Positions 1-8,922 of a DNA stretch of 36,997 nt are shown piece after piece. A program made the translations under genes and the position numbers. How positions within the stretch are numbered: position 1 is the stretch's first letter; every line of letters starts with the position of its first letter. Where the stretch lies: positions 1 through 36,997 of the forward strand of contig CAYYEE010000001.1 in the NCBI GenBank assembly GCA_964470775.1. The letters are read 5' to 3'. The notes below the pieces were generated by a model that worked only from the letters and a program-made list of their open reading frames with translations, made no database searches and was not told the DNA's origin. Source of the stretch: an uncultured Planctomycetota bacterium (lineage in GTDB: Bacteria; Planctomycetota; Brocadiia; CAIUPP01; CAYYEE01).

Positions 1-60
1 AGCCCGCCCTGTGGTGTTTCGGAAATGCAAGGCATTTCCGAAACACCACACTGGGCGGCC
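1..60. repeat. Palindromic repeat element, copy 1: 19-bp perfect stem (10-28 / 32-50), 3-nt loop, plus outer arms AGCCCGCCCT / GGGCGG
   Basis: Read directly: TGTGGTGTTTCGGAAATGC-aag-GCATTTCCGAAACACCACA. Related copies lie at 6112-6160 and 6202-6244. The window starts exactly at the outer arm. Confidence 0.8.
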
Positions 61-152
61 GCCAACCGCGGCGAGAGACGGCGACAGGGGAACCCCGAAG
101 GGCGCGAAGGTCGCGAACGACGACAGAGGGGCGCGGCAACGGCGGAAAGCGC

Positions 153-1511
153 CTACAGCCTTCTGGCCGTGTCCTTGATGATGGCCAGGGTCTCGTCCAC
201 GCCGGAATCCGTCATGTCGGGGTTGACAAAGACGAGGCGGATGAAAGTCTCGCCGCGGAAGGCGCCGTAGCCGACCTTGAGCAGCGCGCGGCGGTCGAGC
301 TCCTGGCAGAGGCGCTGGCTGTCGACGCCGCGGACTTGGAAGCAGATGTTGACGAACTCGGGTTCGATCGCGAGGCGCAGGGCCCGGTCGCGGCGGATGC
401 GTTCGGCCGCGTACAGGGCCAGGCGGCGCAGCGTGTCCACGCGCCGGGCATAGCCTTCGTCGCCCAGGAACTGCCACGCGGCCCAGACTTTGAGGGCGTC
501 GTTGCGGCGGCCGCATTGCAGCGAGCGCACGCCGGGGTTGGCGCCGGAGTCCTCGGACTGGAACAGGTAGGTGGCCTCCTCGGAGAGACTCTGCTCCAGG
601 AGACCTTCCTTCTTGACCAGCAGCACGGAAGCGAGCAGGGGCACGCCCATCATCTTGTGCGCGTCCCAGGTGAGCGAGTCGGCCCGGCCGCAGCCGTTGA
701 GCAAGGGACGCAGCGCAGGCGAGAGCAGCGCGCCGCCGCCCCAGGCCGCGTCCACGTGCAGCCACAGGCCGTGTTCCTGCGCCACGTCGGCGAGCGCGGG
801 GATGGGGTCGAAGGCGCCGAGAACGGTTGTGCCGGCCGTGGCGATGAGGAAGAAGGGCTCGCGGCCGCGGGCGCAGTCGGCGATGATGGCGGCGCGCAGC
901 GCGCCGGGCGGCATGCGGCCCTGGGCGTCGGACTCGATGAGGCGGACGTTGTCGCGGCCGATGCCCAGGACGCCGGCGCTCTTGACCACGGAGTAGTGGC
1001 TCTGGTCCGAGGCGTAGACGACGAGCGCCGGCGGGCCCAAGCCTTGCTCGCGCGCCTGGGGCCGGCGCTGGTTGCGCGCCACGAGCATGGCCATGAGGTT
1101 GGACACCGATCCGCCCGGCGCGAACGCGCCCTCGCCCTGGTCGAATCCGGCGAAGCGGCGCATGTGGGCCAGGACCTCGTCCTCGACGCTGACGCCGAGG
1201 CCGGCGGCTTTGTAGGTGTACATGGAGTTGTTGAGGAACGAGGCAAGGGCGTCGGCCACGGCCGCGGGGGCGAGGCGGCCGCCGTAGAGCTGGTTGAGGA
1301 AGCGGGGCGTGGCCGTCTTGGGCGTGGCGCGGATGTAGGCTTGCAGCAGGGGCATGAGCCCGTCCCACCCCCGGCCCCGCGCGGGGATGGACAGGTCGAG
1401 GCCCTCGGGCGCCTGGCCCGGCGCGCGCCACGGGGCCACGGGGTTGCGGGCTTCTTCTTCCAACAAGCCGGCGAGAAGACTCGCCAGGCGGGAAACGTCG
1501 TGTTCGTTCAT
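153..1511 (-). CDS. Group II pyridoxal-phosphate-dependent decarboxylase (glutamate / cysteine-sulfinate decarboxylase-like)
   Basis: ORF 153..1571. The SLTWDAHKMMGVPL lysine motif is typical of GAD/CSAD-type fold-I decarboxylases, and length is ~450 aa. ATG at 1511 (MNEHDV...) is preferred over the GTG at 1571 because a GC hairpin occupies 1535-1565. Confidence 0.85.
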   Translation of the reverse strand: MNEHDVSRLASLLAGLLEEEARNPVAPWRAPGQAPEGLDLSIPARGRGWDGLMPLLQAYIRATPKTATPRFLNQLYGGRLAPAAVADALASFLNNSMYTYKAAGLGVSVEDEVLAHMRRFAGFDQGEGAFAPGGSVSNLMAMLVARNQRRPQAREQGLGPPALVVYASDQSHYSVVKSAGVLGIGRDNVRLIESDAQGRMPPGALRAAIIADCARGREPFFLIATAGTTVLGAFDPIPALADVAQEHGLWLHVDAAWGGGALLSPALRPLLNGCGRADSLTWDAHKMMGVPLLASVLLVKKEGLLEQSLSEEATYLFQSEDSGANPGVRSLQCGRRNDALKVWAAWQFLGDEGYARRVDTLRRLALYAAERIRRDRALRLAIEPEFVNICFQVRGVDSQRLCQELDRRALLKVGYGAFRGETFIRLVFVNPDMTDSGVDETLAIIKDTARRL

Positions 1512-1534
1512 GCAGAGGCCTTGCGCCAAGAGGC

Positions 1535-1565
1535 GGGGCCAGCCAGCTTGCGGCCGGCCGGCCCC
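1535..1565 (-). terminator. GC-rich hairpin between the clpC stop and the decarboxylase start (attenuator/terminator candidate, no U-tract)
   Basis: Minus-strand GGGGCCGGCCGGC-cgcaa-GCTGGCTGGCCCC gives a 13-bp stem with two G-U pairs. No T-run follows. Confidence 0.3.
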
Positions 1566-1613
1566 GGACACGGACCGGTCACCCCCGGAGTGCGCTCCCC
1601 CCGCGAACGCCGG

Positions 1614-4172
1614 TCAGGGCGCAGCCTGGCGGCTTGGGTCGGAAGGCGCGGGCGCGGCCGGCGCGCTGGGGGCCGCCGGCTCCGCGGGCGCGGCCTTGGG
1701 CTCGAATTCGAGCTTGCCTTCGGCCGCGCGGATGATGACGGACATGCCCGCCTTCACGGAGCCCTTCAGCAGCATCTCGCTCAGGGGGTCTTCCACCATG
1801 CGCTCGATGGCGCGGCGGAGCGGCCGGGCGCCATAGTCGGGGTTGTAGCCCTTCTCGATGAGCAGCTCGAGGGCCTCGGGCTGGAGGACCAGCTCGATGT
1901 GGGCGTCCTTGGCGCGCTGAGCCACGCGGCCAAACTCGAGGTTGACGATGGCGCGCAGGTCCTCGAGACTGAGCGGCCGGAAGACGATGGTCTCGTCCAC
2001 GCGGTTGAGGAACTCGGGGCGGAAGTGCTTTTCCAGTTCGCCCACCAGTTGCTGCTTCATGGTCTCGTAGTTCTGCTCTTCCGAGCCCTTGCGGAAACCG
2101 AGGCCGGAGTTGTTGCGGATGACGTCGGCGCCCAGGTTGCTGGTCATGATGAGGATGGTGTTGCGGAAGTCGACCTTGCGTCCGAACGAGTCGGTGAGGC
2201 GGCCTTCTTCCATGATCTGCAGCAGCATATTGAAGACGTCGTGGTGGGCTTTCTCGATTTCGTCGAGCAGGACCACGGCGTAAGGCCGGCGGCGGATGGT
2301 TTCCGTAAGCTGGCCGCCCTCTTCGTAGCCGACGTAACCCGGAGGCGCGCCCACGAGGCGGCTGACGTTGTGCTTTTCCATGTACTCGGACATGTCGATC
2401 TGCACAAGGGCGTCTTCGGAGCGGAACATGAACTTGGCCAGCGCGCGGGCGAGCAGCGTCTTGCCCACGCCCGTGGGGCCGAGGAAGACGAAGGAGGCCA
2501 TGGGCCGGTTGGGGTTCTTGAGGCCCGCGCGGGAGCGGCGCAGGGCGCGGGCCGTGGCGTGGATGGCTTCCTGCTGGCTGACGACCATCTTGTGCAGCTC
2601 GTCTTCCATCTTGAGCAGGCGCTCCGCTTCCTGGGCTTCGAGGCGCGTCACCGGGATGCCGGTCATGCGGCTGACAACCTGGGCGATGACGTCCTCGTCA
2701 ACCTTGCCTTCGGCGCGCTGCGAGTTCTCGCGCCAGTCGCGCTGGATGCTTTCCATCTTCTTTTTGAGCTTTTCGGCCTTGTCGCGCAGGCTGGCGGCCC
2801 GCTCGAAGTCCTGAAGCATGACGGCTTCGTCTTTTTCCTTGTTGAGCTTTTCGACTTCGCGCTCGAGGTCCTTGATGTCGGGGGGCACGGTCATGCTGCT
2901 GAGGCGGACGCGGGCGCCGGCTTCGTCGATGACGTCAATGGCCTTGTCGGGAAGGAAACGGCCGGTAATGTAGCGGATGGCCAGCTCCACGGCGTGCTCC
3001 AGCGCGGTGTCGGTGATTTTGACGTGGTGGTGCTCTTCGTAGCGGTCGCGCAGGCCTTTGAGAATCTCGATCGTTTCCTCGCGCGTGGGCGGCTCCACGA
3101 TGATCTGCTGGAAGCGGCGCTCGAGGGCGTCGTCCTTCTCGATGTACTTGCGGTATTCGTCGAGGGTGGTGGCGCCGACGCATTGAATCTCGCCGCGGCT
3201 GAGGGCGGGCTTGAGCACGTTGGAGGCGTCGATGGCGCCTTCGGCGCCGCCGGCGCCCACAAGGGTGTGGAGCTCGTCGATGAAGAGGATGATGTTGCCG
3301 GCGCGGCGGACTTCTTGCAGAACGGCCTTGATGCGCTCTTCGAACTGGCCGCGGTACTTGGTGCCGGCGACCATGAGCGCGAGGTCGAGCACGACGATGC
3401 GGCGGTTGCGCAGCAGCTCGGGCACTTCGCCGTGGACGATCATCTGGGCCAGGCCTTCGACGATGGCCGTCTTGCCCACGCCGGCCTCGCCGAGCAGCAC
3501 GGGGTTGTTCTTGGTCCGGCGCGAGAGCACGGTCATGAGGCGCTCGATCTCGTTTTTGCGGCCGATGACGGGGTCGAGCTTGCCGGCGCGGGCCATCTCC
3601 GTGAGGTCGCGGCCAAAGCTGTCGAGCGCGGGGGTCTTGGACTTTTCCTTCTTGGCCGCGGCGGCGTTGGCGGCGGCGCTGGCCGCGGCGCTGTCCGGCT
3701 CTTCGGAAGCGGGGGCTTCGTCGGAGGGCGCGTCCGCGCCCAGCAGGTTCAGCACCTCCTCGCGCACGTCTTGCAGCTTGAGGCCGAGGTTCATGAGCAC
3801 CTGGGCGGCCACGCCCTCGTTTTCGCGCAGCAGGCCGAGAAGGATGTGCTCGGTGCCGATGTAGTTGTGGCCGAGCTGGCGCGCTTCCTCCATGCTGTAC
3901 TCGAGCACCTTCTTGGCCCGCGGGGTGAAGGGCAGCTGGCCCTTGGTCACGACGTCGGGGCCGGATTGGACCATCTTCTCCACTTCGAGGCGGATCTTCT
4001 TGATGTCCACATCGAGATTGCGGAGCACATTGGCGGCCACGCCGCTGCCCTCTTTGACGAGGCCCAGCAGGATGTGCTCGGTGCCGATGTACTCATGGTT
4101 GAAGCGCTGGGCTTCCTGGCGGGCGTAGGCCATCACCTTGCGCGCGCGGTCGGTGAAGCGGTCGTAGAACAT
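1614..4172 (-). CDS. clpC: ATP-dependent Clp protease ATP-binding subunit ClpC (class III stress AAA+ unfoldase)
   Basis: 852 aa. N-terminal double Clp_N repeat (FTDRARKVM...[12 protein letters not shown] twice). Two Walker A sites ([16 protein letters not shown]). UVR-like middle segment. GGAGGA RBS 5 nt before the ATG. Lies downstream of mcsA and mcsB. Confidence 0.95.
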   Translation of the reverse strand: MFYDRFTDRARKVMAYARQEAQRFNHEYIGTEHILLGLVKEGSGVAANVLRNLDVDIKKIRLEVEKMVQSGPDVVTKGQLPFTPRAKKVLEYSMEEARQLGHNYIGTEHILLGLLRENEGVAAQVLMNLGLKLQDVREEVLNLLGADAPSDEAPASEEPDSAAASAAANAAAAKKEKSKTPALDSFGRDLTEMARAGKLDPVIGRKNEIERLMTVLSRRTKNNPVLLGEAGVGKTAIVEGLAQMIVHGEVPELLRNRRIVVLDLALMVAGTKYRGQFEERIKAVLQEVRRAGNIILFIDELHTLVGAGGAEGAIDASNVLKPALSRGEIQCVGATTLDEYRKYIEKDDALERRFQQIIVEPPTREETIEILKGLRDRYEEHHHVKITDTALEHAVELAIRYITGRFLPDKAIDVIDEAGARVRLSSMTVPPDIKDLEREVEKLNKEKDEAVMLQDFERAASLRDKAEKLKKKMESIQRDWRENSQRAEGKVDEDVIAQVVSRMTGIPVTRLEAQEAERLLKMEDELHKMVVSQQEAIHATARALRRSRAGLKNPNRPMASFVFLGPTGVGKTLLARALAKFMFRSEDALVQIDMSEYMEKHNVSRLVGAPPGYVGYEEGGQLTETIRRRPYAVVLLDEIEKAHHDVFNMLLQIMEEGRLTDSFGRKVDFRNTILIMTSNLGADVIRNNSGLGFRKGSEEQNYETMKQQLVGELEKHFRPEFLNRVDETIVFRPLSLEDLRAIVNLEFGRVAQRAKDAHIELVLQPEALELLIEKGYNPDYGARPLRRAIERMVEDPLSEMLLKGSVKAGMSVIIRAAEGKLEFEPKAAPAEPAAPSAPAAPAPSDPSRQAAP

Positions 4173-4220
4173 CCCTATCCTCCGAAGACGCCGGCGGGCC
4201 CGCCGGCGGTCAGGATTCTC

Positions 4221-5282
4221 TCAAGCCGCGGAACGTCCGATCTCCCGTCTGAGCATGTCCGCGCGAAACACACCGGCTTCGGCGGTGGAGAGGCTCCGGC
4301 CCGCGATGACCTGAAGGTGTCCGGGCTGGGTGTAGAGAAAGAGCGAGTTGATGGCGCCGAGGTCGAACTGGGGCAGCAGGCCCAGGCACACGCCCAGGCG
4401 CACGTGGCTGAGCAGGCCCAGGGCTTCCTCAGCGCCGGCCGTGCGGCAGTTGGAGAGCAGGCCGTAGGCGCGGAACACGCGGTCCTCGACGGCGACACGG
4501 TCGTCCTTGAGCAAGGCTTCGCGCACGCGGCGCTCGTAGCGGACGATCTGGGGGATGACCGTCTCGAGTTTGGAGACAATCTCCTCCTCGGGACGGCCCA
4601 GGGTGCGCTGATTGGACACTTGGTAGAAATCGCCCAGCCCCTCGGAGCTTTCGCCATAGAGCCCGCGCACGACGAAGTCGATCTTGGAAGCCATGGCAAA
4701 GACCTTCTGCAACTCGCCCGAGATGGACAGGGCGGGCAGATGGAGCATGACGGACACGCGGGCCCCGGAGCCGACGTTGGTGGGGCAGGCGGTGAGATAG
4801 CCGAACTCGGGGTGAAAGGCAAAGGCGATGCGCTGTTCGAGGGCGGTGTCGGCCGCGTCGACCAAGCGCCAGGCGTTGCGCACGGCCATGCCGGCCTGGA
4901 TGGCCTGGATGCGGACATGGTCTTCTTCGTTGACCATGATGGACAACTGCTCGCTGAGGCCGAAACCCACGCCGCAGGGACGGGACGCCTGGGCGAGATC
5001 CTGGCTGATAAGGCGGCGCTCGACAAGAATCTGGCGCTTGGCCTCGGGCATGCCGTTGAGCGTGAAGTACTGGAAGTCGGGGGCGATGGAGGCCTCTTGG
5101 GCGGCGTGGCGCACGCGATCCTCGATTTCGCGCTGCTGGGTCTCGCTGGCGCGGGTGAGGAAGGGGTAGCCGGCGATGTTGCGGGCCAGGCGGGCGCGGC
5201 TGCTGATGATGACGTCGCTGTCTTCGCTCAGCGCGCGCAGCCAGCCAGCGGGCCGGACGGCGCCGTCAATGGCCATCGCCAC
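4221..5282 (-). CDS. mcsB: Protein arginine kinase McsB (ATP:guanido phosphotransferase family)
   Basis: 353 aa. N-terminus ...VIISSRARLARNIAGYPF and a phosphagen-kinase-like core (NEEDHVRIQ, CPTNVGSG). Its start overlaps the mcsA stop by 17 nt. Confidence 0.9.
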   Translation of the reverse strand: MAMAIDGAVRPAGWLRALSEDSDVIISSRARLARNIAGYPFLTRASETQQREIEDRVRHAAQEASIAPDFQYFTLNGMPEAKRQILVERRLISQDLAQASRPCGVGFGLSEQLSIMVNEEDHVRIQAIQAGMAVRNAWRLVDAADTALEQRIAFAFHPEFGYLTACPTNVGSGARVSVMLHLPALSISGELQKVFAMASKIDFVVRGLYGESSEGLGDFYQVSNQRTLGRPEEEIVSKLETVIPQIVRYERRVREALLKDDRVAVEDRVFRAYGLLSNCRTAGAEEALGLLSHVRLGVCLGLLPQFDLGAINSLFLYTQPGHLQVIAGRSLSTAEAGVFRADMLRREIGRSAA

Positions 5283-5772
5283 CCTCCTGGCTCATGCGCT
5301 GGATCCGGTCGCGCAACTCAGCCGCTTTCTCGTAGTCTTCGCGCTGGATCGCGCGTTCCTGCTCGCGCCGCAGCCGGATGAGCTCGTTTTGGAGCTGAAG
5401 GCTGCGTCCCGCGCGCGACGGGACCTTGCCGCAGTGCCGCACGCTGTCTTGCAGGCGTTCAAGCATGGGGAGGATGCCCTCGCGGAACACGTCGTAGTCG
5501 TTGGGGCAGCCGAAACGGCCGGAGGAGCGGAACTCGATGTAGCTGAGGCCGCAACTGGGGCAGGCGGTCTTGAGGTTCTTGCCCAGCTCCTGGCTCATTT
5601 TCTGCTGGAGAAGCTGCTGGAGCACGCCTGTAAGGCTGACGGCCTTCTGGATAGGCACCTCTTGGGCGCGGGCGCACTCCTCGCACAAGTGGCGCTCGGT
5701 CTTCTTGTGGTCGTCAGATATCTCGGTCCAGTGGACCGTGGCTTCGGCCTTGCCGCAGGTCTGACACTTCAT
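5266..5772 (-). CDS. mcsA: McsA-like activator of protein arginine kinase (CxxC zinc fingers plus UVR motif)
   Basis: 168 aa. Contains CQTCG...CEEC and CPSCG...GCP cysteine pairs and a C-terminal UVR-like segment REDYEKAAELRDRIQRM. Positioned immediately upstream of mcsB. Confidence 0.8.
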   Translation of the reverse strand: MKCQTCGKAEATVHWTEISDDHKKTERHLCEECARAQEVPIQKAVSLTGVLQQLLQQKMSQELGKNLKTACPSCGLSYIEFRSSGRFGCPNDYDVFREGILPMLERLQDSVRHCGKVPSRAGRSLQLQNELIRLRREQERAIQREDYEKAAELRDRIQRMSQEGGDGH

Positions 5773-5938
5773 GGCGTTGGCGCATCTCCCTGGGTTTGTG
5801 TCTCAAGAATCGCTTGGCGATTCGTGAAACGCAACATGACACGAATCCGGACCGTAAGGCGCCTGCAAGATCCAATGAGCCCGCCCTCTGGCGCTGTCAC
5901 CCCAGGCAAGCCTTTCGGCCGCCCAAAGGTCAATCTAC

Positions 5939-5967
5939 ATTGTCCCCCACACTCGGAATTCTGTCAA
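5939..5967 (-). promoter_or_regulatory. Candidate sigma70-type promoter for mcsA-mcsB-clpC (TTGACA-17-GACAAT)
   Basis: Minus-strand TTGACA at 5962-5967, exact 17-nt spacer, GACAAT at 5939-5944. Implies a ~165-nt leader that contains the hairpin GAATCGC-caa-GCGATTC. Confidence 0.4.
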
Positions 5968-5984
5968 GGAGAGGTCTTGTCACG

Positions 5985-6031
5985 AAGGACGGCGGGGACA
6001 ACAAGGACGGTTAGGACGGTTCCGGGACATG
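5985..6031. repeat. Phased GGAC(G)G tandem repeat (five units, spacing 9,9,9,11 bp)
   Basis: GGAC starts at 5987, 5996, 6005, 6014 and 6025. AGGACGGTT is repeated perfectly at 6004-6012... and 6013-6021. Confidence 0.75.
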
Positions 6032-6111
6032 TTGCGATCCCACCGTTGGCGGGCTCACGCGACAGATCCCCGGCGACGCGGTCCTTCATCGGGCTGCCAA
6101 GCTCTCTGGGG

Positions 6112-6160
6112 GTCGTGTTTCGGAAATGACTTGCATTTCCGAAACTCCACAGGGCGGGCT
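6112..6160. repeat. Palindromic repeat element, copy 2 (GTGTTTCGGAAATG-acttg-CATTTCCGAAACTC, right outer arm CCACAGGGCGGGCT)
   Basis: 14-bp stem with one mismatch at 6115-6128 / 6134-6147. The right arm at 6147-6160 is the exact reverse complement of window positions 1-14. Confidence 0.8.
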
Positions 6161-6201
6161 AACTCGATACTTTGGACGCGTCAAGCGCCGGGTTTTTGTC
6201 C

Positions 6202-6244
6202 TGTAGTGTTTCAGAGATAGCAAAGCTGTTTCTGAAACACTACA
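6202..6244. repeat. Palindromic repeat element, copy 3 (diverged: TGTAGTGTTTCAGA...TCTGAAACACTACA)
   Basis: 14-bp perfect stem at 6202-6215 / 6231-6244. It shares the GTGTTTC.GA core with copies 1 and 2. Confidence 0.7.
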
Positions 6245-6357
6245 CTAGAAGCTTGAGGGACACGGACCCGGCCAGGACCAGGGCGCCTTGGACCAGCCCC
6301 AACGCCAAGGCCAACAGGCCCATGAAGACGTCTGGATGCCCCTGGCCCGGCGCCAGC

Positions 6358-6386
6358 TTGACAGCATGACAACCGTGTGTCATAAT
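6358..6386 (+). promoter_or_regulatory. sigma70-type promoter for the hybrid kinase gene (TTGACA-17-CATAAT)
   Basis: Perfect -35 at 6358-6363, 17-nt spacer, CATAAT at 6381-6386. Lies ~160 nt upstream of the ATG at 6546. Confidence 0.6.
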
Positions 6387-6545
6387 ACTTCAACCGGAGG
6401 CGCATCGTTTTCACTTACATCAGGATACCGCGTAGTGAGCGCGGTCTGGCCAGCGGGGGCGCTGGTGTTGAGGACGTGGGCCACACAAGTGGCCGCGAGG
6501 GTGGGTTCTCCCTGATCGCTCACGTCCCGCTCGGAGTCTGCGTCC

Positions 6546-8588
6546 ATGCTGGACCACTTCCTTTCCAACGCGGAGCTTGTCGAGGAGCTGGCGCGCTTGC
6601 GCCGGCAGGTCGAGGCTCTGAGCGGGAGACAGGCGCAGACAGTTCAGCGCCATGGGGACGACGCCGGGCGACTGTGGGCGGTGTTCCTGGCCACGCCGGA
6701 CGCGGTGTTCGTCAAGGATAAGAGCCTGCGCTACACGCTGGTGAACCCGTCGGCGGAGCGGTTTTTCGGCCGGAGCGCGGGGGAGATGACCGGCCGCACC
6801 GATCAGGAGCTCTTTGGCGCGGACGCGGTTGCCGCCTGGGAAGACGCGGACGAGCAGGCGCTGGCTGGCCAGTTGGTGGAGCGCGCGGACGCACGGCTCG
6901 TGGAGGGGGTGATGCGCTCCTTTCAGACCCTGCGATCGCCGTTGCGCAGCGCCAGCGGCGAGACCACGGGCGTGCTGGGCGTTGCGCGCGACGTGAGCGC
7001 TCTGCGGCGCGAGGCGGCGGGGCTGCGCGACGTCTGCGAACGCATGGAGCGAGGCGTGACCGCCGCGGGGCTGGCGCTGTGGGACGCGGACTTCATCACC
7101 GGCCGGGTGAGCCTGTCGGGCGGTTGGGCCGAGACGCTGGGACCGGCCGGCGGCACGGAAGGCGTGACGTGGGTGGAACTGGTTCATCCCGATGACTACC
7201 TGACGATCCGCGACGCGCTGGCCGCGCTGGCCGATGGCCGCGCTTCGGCGCTGGAGGCCGAGGTGCGGCTGCGCGTCAAGGCGGGCGGGTGGGCGCCGGC
7301 TCTGGCGCTGGGCAGGCCGACGCATCGAGCGCCCGGGGGGCGCGCGCTGCGCGGGGCCGGCGCGCTGATCGACACGTCTCTGCACAGAGAGCAAGAGGCC
7401 CAGCGCCGCCGCGCCGAGGCGCGCTTGATGGAACAAGAGCGCCAGGAGAGCCTGGCCACCCTGGCCGGGGGCATGGCCCACGACTTCAACAACCTGCTGG
7501 CCAGCGTACTGGGCAACACGGAGCTGGCGCTCATGAAACTGGCGCCGGACGCGGCCGTGCGCCGCCACCTGACCGAGATTCAGCGCTCGGCCTCGCAGGC
7601 GGCCGGACTGGTGCGGCACATGACCGCTTACGCGGGCCGCGACGTGCTGAACGTGGAGCGGCTCGACCTGTCCGAGATCGCCCGCCAGGCCCGGCCTCTG
7701 GTGGAGACGCTGCTGCCCAGGAACGTTTCGCTGAACCTGCGGCTGAGCGACGGCCTGCCGCCCGTGGAAGGCGACGCGGCGCAGTTGCGGCACGTGGTGG
7801 TGAGCCTGGTGACCAACGCGGCCGAGGCCATCGAGAGCCTGGGGCCGGAGGCGGGCGGCGCCATCACCGTGTCCACGGGATTGCGCCATTGCGACGAGGC
7901 GTGCATCCGGCAGTCGCTGGCGGGCGAAGGCCGGCCGGCCGGCGTGTACGCGTGCTTGTCCGTCGAAGACACGGGCTGCGGCATGGACGCGGCCACGTTG
8001 CGGCGCGTGTTCGAGCCGTTCTTCTCCACCAAGTTTATCGGCCGGGGGCTGGGGCTGGCCGCGACCATGGGGATCGTCCGCGCGCACAAGGGCGTGATTC
8101 AGGCGCGTTCCACGCCGGGCCAGGGCTCGGTGTTCACCATCCTGCTGCCGGTGGCGGCCGCGGAGCCGCGGCCGGAGAGCGCGCCGCCCGCGCCGGCGCG
8201 GAAGGCCCAACCCGGCGGCGCCGTGCTGGCGGTGGATGACGAGCCGGCCGCGCTGTTCGTGCTGGAGAACATGCTGCGGCGCCGCGGGCGGCCGGTCTTC
8301 ACCGCGCGCGACGGCGCCGAGGCGGTAAAGGTCTTCCACGAACACGCGAGCGAGATCGCGTGCGCCGTGCTGGACCTGACCATGCCCCACATGGACGGCG
8401 ACGAGGCGCTGGCGGCCATGCGCAAGATCCGGCCGGACCTGCCGGCCATCATCTCCAGCGGCCACGCCGACTTCGAGGTGGCGCGGCGTTTCGCGGGCGC
8501 CGACGGGGTGCGGTTGTTCCACAAGCCCTACACCTACGAACAGCTCTCCGCTTTGCTGGACGAGGTGATGGGGGTGAACGGCGGCTGA
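6546..8588 (+). CDS. Soluble hybrid sensor histidine kinase / response regulator (coiled coil, 2 PAS-like regions, HisKA, HATPase_c, REC)
   Basis: 680 aa. H-box GGMAHDFNNLL. G-boxes DTGCGMD and GRGLGLA. C-terminal receiver VLAVDDEP...DLTMPHMDG...K. No TM segment seen. Confidence 0.9.
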   Translation: MLDHFLSNAELVEELARLRRQVEALSGRQAQTVQRHGDDAGRLWAVFLATPDAVFVKDKSLRYTLVNPSAERFFGRSAGEMTGRTDQELFGADAVAAWEDADEQALAGQLVERADARLVEGVMRSFQTLRSPLRSASGETTGVLGVARDVSALRREAAGLRDVCERMERGVTAAGLALWDADFITGRVSLSGGWAETLGPAGGTEGVTWVELVHPDDYLTIRDALAALADGRASALEAEVRLRVKAGGWAPALALGRPTHRAPGGRALRGAGALIDTSLHREQEAQRRRAEARLMEQERQESLATLAGGMAHDFNNLLASVLGNTELALMKLAPDAAVRRHLTEIQRSASQAAGLVRHMTAYAGRDVLNVERLDLSEIARQARPLVETLLPRNVSLNLRLSDGLPPVEGDAAQLRHVVVSLVTNAAEAIESLGPEAGGAITVSTGLRHCDEACIRQSLAGEGRPAGVYACLSVEDTGCGMDAATLRRVFEPFFSTKFIGRGLGLAATMGIVRAHKGVIQARSTPGQGSVFTILLPVAAAEPRPESAPPAPARKAQPGGAVLAVDDEPAALFVLENMLRRRGRPVFTARDGAEAVKVFHEHASEIACAVLDLTMPHMDGDEALAAMRKIRPDLPAIISSGHADFEVARRFAGADGVRLFHKPYTYEQLSALLDEVMGVNGG

Positions 8589-8922
8589 GGGGCGGGGCGA
8601 CCGAACGCTTATAGGGGCGGACCCTTCTGACGTGTCCGACAAGCGCGCAAGGCTATCCCGCGTCCGCGGGCAAACCCAGCGCGCATGGGGCGCTTCCTCC
8701 GGCCTAGCGCAAAAATCTCCTCTCGCTGACGGAGAAAACATCTTCGGCTAATGGCCCGCGGAGACAATACGCCCAGCATTTGAGGGCAAGTTGTCAACAG
8801 GGGGAGCCAGGAGCAGGAAAGGAGGGAGGATCCGCGCGACGCCGTCGGCTCAGCTTGCGACAGTGGGGGCCAGCCGGCCCAAGGCACACAACATTGAGTC
8901 TCAGAAGAGCAGGAGCAGGAAC

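Noticed and set aside
336-5381. A 1681-aa stop-free plus-strand ORF spanning the decarboxylase, clpC and mcsB regions. Similar giants occur at 13388..17173 (+), 18148..20976 (+), 6420..8741 (-), 8932..10803 (-), 25124..27232 (-) and 11877..13412 (+).
   Set aside because: These are antisense to genes with unambiguous family motifs (Walker A boxes, H-boxes, PLP lysines, TPR periodicity). Their translations are Gly/Ala/Arg/Val low-complexity strings. Long open antisense frames are expected when sense codons end in G/C, so they are composition artefacts.
5920-5975. A CtsR operator upstream of mcsA (aaaGGTCAATctacattgtc ... ctGTCAAGg).
   Set aside because: Only single heptad-like words are present. 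The tandem GGTCAAA-N3-GGTCAAA direct repeat is absent, and no ctsR gene is present.
8589-8922. A promoter or ncRNA in the 334-nt spacer before the first DUF1559 gene (TTGTCA at ~8790, TTGCGA at ~8848).
   Set aside because: No acceptable -10 hexamer lies at 16-18 nt from either -35-like word, and no convincing hairpin/terminator or conserved RNA motif was recognised.
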